A stretch of 64,000 bases of DNA. It comes from Eremomyces bilateralis CBS 781.70 (taxonomy: Eukaryota). A program made the translations under genes and the position numbers. How positions within the stretch are numbered: the stretch's first letter is position 1; every line of letters starts with the position of its first letter. Under the pieces are notes generated by a model. It was not told the DNA's origin. It saw only the letters and a list, made by a program, of their open reading frames with translations, and did no database searches. Shown here in pieces: positions 27,012 to 38,012 of the stretch. Location of the stretch: assembly GCA_010015585.1 (NCBI GenBank), contig ML975165.1; one strand, given 5' to 3'.

Positions 27012-28428
27012 ATGGCATCCACCTCAGACATTCCCTGCCCGATCCCCCAGGTCCAAGAATCCCTCCACCCATACCTCCACTCCCGCCCCACCACACACCA
27101 CATCCGCCGCCTCCTCACCGCCCACCTCGCCTCCTCCCTCCGCGACTCCGANNNNNNNNNNNNNNNNNNNNNNNNNNNNNNNNNNNNNNNNNNNNNNNNN
27201 NNNNNNNNNNNNNNNNNNNNNNNNNNNNNNNNNNNNNNNNNNNNNNNNNNNNNNNNNNNNNNNNNNNNNNNNNNNNNNNNNNNNNNNNNNNNNNNNNNNN
27301 NNNNNNNNNNNNNNNNNNNNNNNNNNNNNNNNNNNNNNNNNNNNNNNNNNNNNNNNNNNNNNNNNNNNNNNNNNNNNNNNNNNNNNNNNNNNNNNNNNNN
27401 NNNNNNNNNNNNNNNNNNNNNNNNNNNNNNNNNNNNNNNNNNNNNNNNNNNNNNNNNNNNNNNNNNNNNNNNNNNNNNNNNNNNNNNNNNNNNNNNNNNN
27501 NNNNNNNNNNNNNNNNNNNNNNNNNNNNNNNNNNNNNNNNNNNNNNNNNNNNNNNNNNNNNNNNNNNNNNNNNNNNNNNNNNNNNNNNNNNNNNNNNNNN
27601 NNNNNNNNNNNNNNNNNNNNNNNNNNNNNNNNNNNNNNNNNNNNNNTGGTGTATCGGGTGAAGAGGGAGGTGTTGGAAGCGAAGAAGGAGGTGGAGGGGT
27701 GGGAGGGAAGGGTGGAGGAGGTGAGGAGGGCGGTGGTGGAAAGGGGGGAGGTGGGGATGGAGGAGAAGATGTGGGCGCTGGGAAGGGCGAGGGATGAGTT
27801 GATTGGGTGGATTGAAGGGGAGTTGGCGAAGGTGCCTGAAGCGGACGGGGAGACCGATGACGATGGGCGTCTGGGAGCTACGGGCGGGCAGCTGGAGAAC
27901 GATCCTGTTCCATCGAACGAGCAGATCGACGCGGCGTACGAACACTATCTTGAATCACGAAGAGCCTTACTCAAAACGATGGCATCTATTCCATCACTCG
28001 ACCTCCCCACAGAGCAACCACCTCCCCAACCCCTCTCCCAACTCCCGCAACCATCCACTAAACCGGCTCCGCTCCAATCTCACCACATCCTCCCCCACCT
28101 CCCCGCCCTACTCAGCTGCGTCGACGACGAACGCGACCTAATGCAACAAACCGCGTACCTCCGCCGCCGCCTCGCGGCCGGCGCGGACGAGAACGCCAAA
28201 ATTGTCGATCGCCTCGCCGGGGAGAGCTATCTGCTGCAGGACGCGAATGCGATGGAGATATCCATGGCGTCATGGGCAGAGGCGTCGGCGGCGAAGCGGG
28301 AAGAGCTGGAGCGGTTTCTCGATGAGAATTTTCGGGCGGGGGAGAGCGGGTTGCGGAATGCGGAGGAGGTATTGCGGCGGATGGAGGGGAGGAAACAGGC
28401 GTGGGAAGAGATCAAAGGTGATGTATGA
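27012..28428 (+). CDS. Uncharacterised, probably coiled-coil protein interrupted by an assembly gap
   Basis: N-terminal MASTSDIPCPIPQVQESLHPYL...HIRRLLTAHL with good ATG context. After the gap, an open helical-looking frame (RARDELIGWIEGELAK; YEHYLESRRALL; DRLAGESYLL) runs to TGA at 28428. Confidence 0.7.
27152..27646. other. Assembly gap (495 N)
   Basis: Run of N. Confidence 1.
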
Positions 28429-28531
28429 GTCACGGGTATGGCTATGGTGCAGTAGAAAACTTCAAAACGACTTCGCTGGAGGGTATCTGGTACATGCGTG
28501 ACAAACATGACGCGGTCACTCGCACAATGCT

Positions 28532-29965
28532 TCAACTGAACTTCTGCACCCTCGCTTCCAGATCTTTCACCCATCCGCCCACGACATCCATGTTCTCCTT
28601 CAACACGCCCTCGCCATCTTTCAGTGCCTCCTTCACCTTGTCCAACGCCTCTCTCCATGCCTTGATCTCCGCCTCCTGCTCCTGCTGCCGCGTCCGCATC
28701 TCATCCAGCGTCGTGCTCGCATCGCCGGCCGACGCGTGGATGAGCCGCAGTGACCGGAGCCGCTCGACGACGAGTGGAAGCGTTGGTGCCATGGATTCGA
28801 TGGCGGGGAGGGCGGAGTAAAGCGCTTTGATGGCTTCGGCATTGGTAGGGTCGTCCAGGTAGGATTGCGCAGCGTCGGCGGATGGCGTGCCATTCGCCTT
28901 CGATCCACCCGTCGAGTTGATTTTGATTTTGGATGTAGCTTCATCCTCGACCTCGATTTCTCGGCGTTGACGTTGGAGGTCCTGGAGTCGTCGCGCGGCG
29001 GTCTCGTAGGTCGATGGAGCATTCGCGATGATCGAGAGCTGCTGGTCGAGGCTCTCGATCGTCTTCAAAACGGGGTCCTGGGGGACCAGGTCTTGCGGCG
29101 TCGAGCTGGAGACGCCTAATGAGGTTTCCAGCTGGGCAAGCCGGCTGTCGAATTCGGCCGCTTTGGCTAGGATCTCGCTCAAATTGCGATCATACTGAGC
29201 AGCTGCAGGTGTTTTGGTCATCCCCATCCGTTCTCCGTTCGCCACTAAGCCATTGGCATCGTGTAATGCTGGAGCCGCGCCCAAGGGTCTGCTCAATACG
29301 CTGGCGAGCTGTGTTTCAGCGCTGCTTGATCTCCCGCCTTGTGTGTAGACGGAATCCAGCATCTGACTGAGCTTAGCGATTTCGGAGGCTGCATCAACAT
29401 CATGATCTTCGGGGGATGTCTGTTCGTTCTGCTCGCACTCCGCCTTCGCCTCTTCGATTTCTTGTCGTAGCCGCCGGAGTTTCCTTTGAAGGCTTTCCTC
29501 CTCACTCTCATCATCCGATGGATAACCGGAGTGTTTTCGGGTTACTCGATTTGCGGTTCGATACGAACCTTTCTTGCGTCGGATACGGTCTGAGAAATCG
29601 GCTTTGCGCGCATCGACCTTGCTCGATCCAAATCGTAATCGAGCGTCGTCGGTCTTGAGCCTCCTTCGATCCACACCCGATTCGACGCCCTCGGAATCTT
29701 CGTCATATGATGATTCGCCGGATGACCTTTCTGTTGTTGAAGCCTAGGCATGTGTAAGTCTTCACCCAGGAGCTCTTTATATATACATGTATGCGCTCAC
29801 CTGGGTTGTGGATACATCATCGGTCAATCCGGGCGTTTCGTATACGTCTGGTGCAGAATCCTTGACGGGTCAGACATGGAGCTTCAAACGGTCTACAGTA
29901 CTCAGAAAGAGACGAATTAATCATACTAGGTCTGGTAGATTCGCGTACTTGCGTATTTGTGTCAT
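28532..29965 (-). CDS. Dynactin subunit 2 (dynamitin/p50), 2 introns near the 5' end
   Basis: MTQIRKYANLPDLDSAPDVYETPGLTDD N-terminal signature; ESLQRKLRRLRQEIEE; LPLVVERLRSLRLIH. Confidence 0.88.
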
Positions 29966-30632
29966 GTTTGCGACCTCAGGAAGGAATGGGAACACTCTCT
30001 ACGATCTGTTGCTCGCGTAGGTGTTGGCCAGCAGCTTCTCTAGGATTCAACGGTAGCAGCAAGCCAATAAACGTCATTCCAATCATCCGATATGACCCAA
30101 AGATGTATGTTCCGTGCTGGTCACCGTGGAGGTCAACACATGTGTGCGGTGTCCAAGACGCTGGTAGTGTGGAGGTGGACTCAATGTAGTTGGAGCGTCA
30201 TGTGATTTGAATCGTCGGTTGAAATCGATATCTCCAGATCGGGAGATAAAGCAAGGAGGAGAGGCAAGGGAGAGTAGAGAACACCGGGCCAGAAGTTCTT
30301 GTGCAATGCATGAATCCTGATTCCGAATTACCTACTATTACAGCTTATTCCCATATTCGAGGATTCGAGGTTCAAACGGTTAGCGTAACCTCTTCAAATC
30401 TCGCCGGCTGATTCGCTGGCTTCTTCTCAGCCATCGCTCCCTCTTACGGTTTCACTTCATCTCGACTCGCCATATCAGAGCCAACCATCCTCGACGATTA
30501 ATTGAACGACTCAATCTGTGCATTATCAGTCTTTTATAGATGGTCGCAGCTCTGTAATGACGTCAGAACATCTTTCTATCCACTTTGCGGTTGAGAAATG
30601 AAAGGTGCCCCTGATCAATCTCATCTCATCAA

Positions 30633-33600
30633 ATGGTGTCCATCCACGACGATTCGGCTCGCAATGGGCAACCGGCCTCCACTTCATCGTTTCTGCTGGA
30701 TCCATCCGGAAACCTTCAGACCACCTTGTTTGGAGAGGTTCCGTCCAACAATTCTTCCGATATAAAAGCTGCGCTGGGCGTGGGGCAAGGGCCATATGGG
30801 TTTTTCAATGAAAGCAGACCCTATCCATCATATAGCGAGTCACAGCAATCATCGATTATCGGTGGAGACGGGCATGTTACTCCAAATACGTCCGATACTC
30901 ATCTGAGTATCAAGACAGAATCCCAAAAGGCTCCGTCGCCGAGTCAAAATGGCTATCATATCAATGGCACTCAGAGCTTGGACCGTCAGTCGGAATCACG
31001 ACCAATTGATACTGTCGAAGGCGCTACAAACAATGGGATATCAACCTCCACGAAGAAGCTGCCCACTCTCAAGATACGAAATCCATTATTTCGAACGCAA
31101 TTCGATGCGACCACGCCCGCCAAAGCCCCGGTGCAGAAATTCACCCCATCTACAGGCACATCTCCTGATATTCATCACACCGGAAATTTTACTTCAACAC
31201 AAAGCGCCAGCCCGTCATCAACGTTACCTAACTATGCGAATAATTCAACTCCAAGGAAACGCATCAGGCTTGATGAAGAACCGTCGAGTCGCAGGGCATC
31301 AATGAAAACGGCTGAAATCTCCCAGCACCGAGCCAAGATTAGCATACCTGCAAATGTCCCAAGCGAGGAGTATGCCAGGCAGTGTATATTTGCAGCATCA
31401 TGGTCTAGGCTGAACCCATACGCCCTGCACCCTGGGGAGTACCGGATGTTGCGCCAGTATATTACTGGACCACAGGTAACGACTTACGTTAACATACGCA
31501 ACGGAATCCTTCGACTGTGGGTCAGGAATCCAATGGTGTGCGTCTCAATAGAAGAGGCAGCTGGGTGTGCAAAAGAATCTCGCTTCTTCGGACTCGCATA
31601 TACCGCCCACGAATGGCTCATCCGAAATGGCTACATCAACTTTGGATGCGTGAGATCACAATCGCCCTCGGTTCCGGCGCGACTCAAACCGTCGAAGCCT
31701 AGGGAGACGATCGCCATAATTGGAGCTGGCATGGCCGGACTGGCATGTGCTCGTCAGCTGGAAAATCTTTTCGAACACTTTTCTGAGCACTGGTACAAGC
31801 GAGGCGAATTCCCACCGAAGGTCACTATACTCGAGGGGAGGAATAGAATTGGCGGTCGAATATATTCGTTCCCACTCCATGCCACGGCCAACGGCACACA
31901 TCCACCAGGATCACGGTGTACGGCGGAGATGGGCGCACAGATCGTCACCGGATTTGAGCGAGGCAATCCGCTCAACGCGATTATTCGAGGCCAACTCGGA
32001 CTACACATGCATGCGATCAAGGAAGGTACAGTGTTATACGACATTGATGGGTCCACCGTGGATAAGCAGACCGATGATCGAGTGGAAGGTCTATTCAACG
32101 ACGTTCTGGAACGAGCGAGCAAGTTTCGAAATCAGGCCGTGCAAGCATTGACGCTTGAAGGTGACATCAAGTTGATAGAGGCTGGAAAAGATCCTACGAC
32201 CGACGGAGGCGAGTTTATTTCAGTCTTGGAGTCGAGAGGCGAGCCTGTCAATGTCGTTGCGTCGCAAGGCCGGCCCAAGAAGAATAGACAAACAAACGCC
32301 CCCGTGACGATGGAGAAACTGACCGGAAGATCATATCAAGCGACCGAGACAAAGGATTTGCTTGCTGCAGCTGCTGCCGAAAAACTCGGATTCAACCTCA
32401 CAGCTGGAGTCTCGAAGTTGTCGACGCTGCAACTGGAGCAAAAGGCGCAAGAGCACATGTCAAACCTGGGCGATGTGATGGACGAAGCATGCAGACAATA
32501 CCAAGACATGATGAATCTGACCGAGCAAGATTTACGGTTATTGAATTGGCACTACGCCAACCTCGAGTATGCGAGCGCCGCCCCTGTTGGATCCTTGAGT
32601 CTTACAGGCTGGGACCAAGACTCCGGTAACGAGTTCGAAGGCGAGCATACTGAGGTCATTGGAGGATACACGCAAGTCCCGCGTGGCCTCTACCTGTTCC
32701 CAACACCTCTGGATGTCAAACTCGGGCGCTGTGTCGAAACTATCGAGTATCACGCGTCGACTGCTACAACGGAAGGCTGCGCTACAGTTACTTGCAGCGA
32801 TGGAGAATCAATCCGTGCGGATCGAGTCGTTCTGACTGCGCCGTTGGGCGTGCTAAAGGCCGGAACGATTAAGTTTGAGCCGCAGCTACCGGATTGGAAG
32901 CTCGATTGCATTGATCGAATGGGTTTCGGACTGCTTAATAAGGTAAGATAACCAAATCCGATTTGATCGACCCCTCTAACTCGAATCAGCTTGTTCTTGT
33001 CTACGATACGCCCTTCTGGGAACAGGATCGAGATATGTTCGGTCTCCTACACGAGTCTATCATTCCACAAAGTCGTAACATGAAGGACTACGCAGCACAA
33101 AGGGGTCTCTTCTACATATTCTGGAATACAATGAAGACCAGCGGAGCACCAACTTTGGTTGCGATGATGGCAGGCAACTCGGCTTACGCGGTCGAAAACG
33201 TCACGGATGCACAGCTCGTCGACGAGGCTCAAACCAGCCTTTCAAAAATCTTCGGGCAGATTCCGAAACCAAAAGAGACCGTCATCACGCGATGGAGGAA
33301 GGATCCGTTTGCTCGAGGCTCATATTCCTACGTAGGACCGAACACCCGATCGGACGACTACGAGAATATGGCGACGTCGGTAGGTCAGATTCATTTCGCA
33401 GGCGAAGCAACCTGTGGAACCCATCCCGCCACCGTGCATGGCGCATACCTTTCCGGTCTCCGAGCTGCGTGCGAGGTGATCGAGACCTTCATCGGCCCCA
33501 TGGATCCCGGCCAGCCACTGGTTGGGACGAAACTGCGACAGAGCAGCACCGACGGCACGCCGACCCAAGCCGTCAAGCGACCCATGGCCGATGCCGTGCA

Positions 33601-34045
33601 GATCCCTGAACGGCAAAGCCGTGCCGAAATGAACAAAGCTTGGGAAAACGGGCTGAACCAGAAGATCCAGGATGCGATTGGCGCGCGGCCGCTGAAGCCC
33701 ATCCGCGCCGGCACGAACCCGTTTCTCCTCTGGCAGCGCGACCAGTGGCAGGCGGCGAAGAATAAATGCGACGACGCGAAGCGGGCGAGGCATCCCAAGG
33801 ATCTGAAGGCGAAGGCGGGGAAGGACGATATCCGGAAGGAGCTGGGGCGGTCGTGGATGGGTGCGTCGGCGGAGGAGAAGAAGCCGTACTATGCCATGAC
33901 CGAGGTGGCGCGGGAGCAGAGTAAGAAGTGGCACGCGGATTTCAAGGAGCTGATTGAGAAGTGGGATCGGGATGCGGAGGTGATTAAGAAGGCGTATACG
34001 GAGGAGAATCCGCTGTCCGAATGGGCGGTCGGCTATGGGTTGTGA
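30633..34045 (+). CDS. LSD1/KDM1-type lysine-specific histone demethylase (SWIRM + FAD amine oxidase + C-terminal HMG-box-like); intron 32943-32989; start codon uncertain
   Basis: SWIRM (YVNIRNGILRLW...WLIRNGYINFG); IIGAGMAGL FAD-binding motif; LEGRNRIGGR; GFGLLNK with the catalytic Lys; ARGSYSY; FAGEAT...ATVHGAYLSG. Confidence 0.92.
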
Positions 34046-34299
34046 TCTGGAGGAGCATTTTCAAGGTATCACTTGAACTGGCATTATTATTATCATCCTA
34101 TGGCCGATGGGTAGCATTTCAAGGGCGCAAGGTAGGGCAGGCAAACTACTTGCATGCATACACCAGGAGTACATGTATTCAATTGCTATTCACACGCTTC
34201 GACGCTTGGGATTCGCCCAATCCCGAGTACATATCTTCAAGCCCGAATTCTCTGCCACTGTATTTGAAAGGTTTCTCAGAATCTACCCGATTGTGGGAA

Positions 34300-35902
34300 T
34301 TATACTGTGGTCAACACCGATGCGTTCTGGTACCAGCCGAGGAGCGGATTCTCGCCGTTCTTCGTCTGCGTATCCTCCACGTACGCCCACCGCCTCATAA
34401 AGTCCTCGTGGGGATAGACACGGGTCAACTTGCCCGTGATCGCGCGATACACATCTTCCATGACCGCGAAGTCGGTCGGGAAGAGGATGTCGAAGTACCC
34501 TTGATGGACCTATGGAAGACTGGGGTTAGTTGCGCGAGATTCTTCGTCGGGAATGGAATGCTTACCAAAGGGGTGGTGACTGGCACGGTCCGACGCTTGT
34601 ATCGCGTCTGCACCACGGGCGCGTTGATCCCCGGAGTCGCGTCCGGCAGGCTATGGAAATCGCTCGTGACAAGCCTATGGCCCGGGAAGTACCGATGTAA
34701 AATATCGAAGAACTGCATCAGCCGCGTGGGGATGTATTCCGCCGCCGTCAGGTTCATGACGAGAGGGAGGCTATGGTACAGCTTTTGCAGCGCGCGCGGC
34801 GATTTCAAAGGATGGCTGTACGGCGAGGAGACGGCAGCGTTTCGCACGCGGAGATACCGGGCGGCGATCGGGTCCAATTGGCGGCTGTAGAACTCGTAGA
34901 AGTCGCCCTCATGGTCGATGAGGACGCTGCCTTGCAGCGCTTCGTCGGTGTACGGGTCGTATCGGATGGCGTCGTGCGCGAAGTTGTCGAACACCTCCAG
35001 GGCGATGAAGAAGCACGGCGACGACACGTAGGTGTCCCAATCGAAAATGGACTTGTTGATGATCTCCACCTTGTCCAGATGACCGGCCGCGTGCGCGGAT
35101 TGTCGCAGCTGGTGTAGTTGCAACGACGCCAGGGACGAGGAAATTTCGATGACCTTATATCTCGTGCATTCGTAGACTTCCGGGTGCATCTCGCGGAGGT
35201 AGTCCAGGATATTGAGCATCATCGTGCCGTTTCCGGCTCCCATTTCGTAGATCAGGAGGTCGTGGTATGGGTAGAGTGAGAGCTTGTAGTTCGTGACGAG
35301 GTATCGGGCAATGGCTTCGCCATAGTACGGTCGGAATAGTTCGGTCGGCGTATGCCACAGCTGTCTTGTCTCATTCTCCTCCTGATTATCCAACGCATCC
35401 TCGAACTCAGTGTAGCGGACGCCGAGCTCCTTCTGGAATTCCGCTTCGCCTTTCAATACACCGAAATCAAAAGGAGCACCGGGCGTGAATATCACGGCTT
35501 GCTTCGGAAAGTAGCCATAATGGGGGTTGTATAAGGAATCTTCGGCAGAGTTAGATCTTGAGCTTCTTCCCTAGCGTATTGACCCTTACCATCAATGAAG
35601 TCCCTCATCAACATCTTCACCCGCTTTGGCCGCTGCCTCGAGCTCTTGAGTTGCTCGGCCGTGACCCATGGATATCGATTGAACTCCTCCGTTCGATCGG
35701 GAGGCAACAACAGACTCCGCTGCGACCAATCGCCCTTGTCCTTTTCCTGCGGCTTCCTAGGAACAGCTCCATAGCGGACGGTTCTGTAGAGTTGCGGCGA
35801 TGCTCCGCCTGGCGCTCGTGGCCGTCGGGCAGCCCTCAGTGATGAGCATGTCTCATGAGCGAATAGTCGCCGAAATATTCGGCTAACCAAGGGGGAATCC
35901 AT
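34300..35902 (-). CDS. NDUFAF7/MidA-like SAM-dependent methyltransferase (DUF185), 2 introns
   Basis: Mitochondrial-like N-terminus; MRDFIDDSLYNPHYGYF; IYEMGAGNGT SAM-binding motif; ALEVFDNF; VHQGYFDILFPTDF. Confidence 0.88.
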
Positions 35903-36191
35903 GCGGAGCAAGAAGGTATTCCCGTAGGCGTAATACGGATGGGATGGATGGAGGTGAAGCATCTCAAGACCCTGTCGTCTGAATTTGCTCCTAGAAGGGA
36001 CGAGAGCTTTGACCAATCGTCATCATAACTCGAAAGCTCAAACTTCAATGGTTAACTTCGGCTTGTCGTACTTTGTAGAAACAAACTGAGAAACAAACTT
36101 CGTGAAGAAAATGTGCGGGAATATGATTTCCGGGCGACCGTAGCCTAAATATATCATTCTCACTTTCGCTGCCTCCAATGGCCTCCTTGCG

Positions 36192-37573
36192 ATGCAGACC
36201 AAGTATCAGCTCTACATCGGCGCGTCCGTCCTTGCGGGCGTGCTTCTCACTCTTGGATTCAAGGACGTATATCCGGATCTAGAACGGCGATATCGACAAA
36301 GAAAACGGCGTGCTTCGGTCGTTCGTGATGCACCGACTCCAAGTGCAAAACGGAGACTGTCTCTGAGGGACAATACTTCCCGCTCTCGGTCCCTTGCCCC
36401 CGGTGGTCCCATTCCCGAAGGCGTCGAAGGTCTGATCGGAAATACTCCACTGTTCAAAATCAAGTCTCTATCCGACGAAACCGGCTGTGAGATCCTAGCA
36501 AAAGCAGAGTTCCTGAACGGGGCGGGAAACAGCCCCAAAGATCGCGTGGCGCTCAGCATCATCCAAATCGCCGAAGAGGACGGCCTCATCTCGCCGGACT
36601 CGGGCGACACGATCTACGAAGGCACGGTCGGGAGCACGGGCATATCGCTGGCGGCGATATGCCGCGCGAAAGGATACCTCGCGCACATCTGCATGCCGGA
36701 CGACCAAGCGGAGGAGAAGTACTCCCTCCTGCTGAAGCTGGGGGCCGTGGTGGACAAGGTCCGACCGGCGCCGATTGTCGATCCAAACCATTTCGTCAAT
36801 CGCGCCAGGTCGCTGGCGGAGGCGCACACTAACGACCCGGAGAAACGTGGGAGAGGGATCTTCGCGGATCAATTCGAGACGGATGCGAACTGGATGGCGC
36901 ATTTCAACGGAACAGGACCGGAGATCTATGAGCAAACGACTGGCCGACTGGATGCGTTCGTCACGGGGGCGGGTACAGGCGGTACCATTTCCGGGGTGGC
37001 TCGGTATCTCAAACCACGAATTGAGCGCCTGAAGGTAGTTCTGGCGGATCCTCAAGGAAGTGGTCTCTATAATCGGATCAAGTTCGGGGTCATGTTCGAT
37101 CCGAAGGAGCGGGAAGGGACGCGGCGACGACACCAGGTGGACACGATCGTGGAGGGCATTGGCATCAACCGGGTGACGAGGAACCTGGAAGCTGGACGAC
37201 AGCTCATCGATGATGCGGTGCGGGTCACGGACGCGCAGGCGTCGGCGATGGGACGCTGGCTGGTGGAGAAGGATGGCTTGTTCGTCGGGAGCAGCAGCGC
37301 GGTGAACTGTAAGCATGGGATCAGGAATGGCGGGATCGTGGCTAATATCTCCGTAGGTGTTGCGGCTACGAAAGTGGCACGTCAATTAGGTCCTGGCCAC
37401 ACAATTGTTACGATACTATGCGATTCAGGTCAGTTTAGTCCGTTGTTGAAAAGGACTCAATTGACACATCTCCAGGCACGAGACATCTGAGCAAGTTTTG
37501 GGCAAAGGCTGGAGATATTGGCGGGTCAAACGAGATGACACTCGATGCCGTCCTTACTGCCAGCGATTCCTGA
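36192..37573 (+). CDS. Cysteine synthase-like PLP enzyme with N-terminal membrane anchor (Cys12/Mcy1-type), 2 introns near the 3' end
   Basis: IGNTPL; KAEFLNGAGNSPKDRVAL with the PLP Lys; GAGTGGT; VEGIG; VTILCDSGTRHLSKFW; hydrophobic N-terminus. Confidence 0.9.
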
Positions 37574-38012
37574 TCGGATTTATCTATCTAACGACTTGGC
37601 AATTGTACAGTTCGTTGGGCATGTATCAACACGCTTGTTTGAGATACCCATGTGAATAGTTCATCCTCTGATCCGATTCGCACACTGCATGATCGGATAA
37701 CATGGGACTTCCATAAACATACCATTACTAAACTTGTCCATGCCTCTTTCTATCCCTTCGAGGGAAAAGCCCGAGGCATGGTTTCTCGTAAAACATATTC
37801 CAAAAGTGACGGACTAATCCGTCCTAGGATCGCAACTAAATATCCCACGATGAACGCTGTCATCAAGGGTTGCGATCCTGTGTAGTTGGCGTGTTGTTGC
37901 GCAGCGTCAACTTTGATGAGCATTATTTGTGAACGTCCTATCCTTGGCGTCGGGTAAGAAGGTCGTTTCATCCTTCCTGCAGGGCAATGTGAGCAACCAA
38001 CGGACAAAGTTC

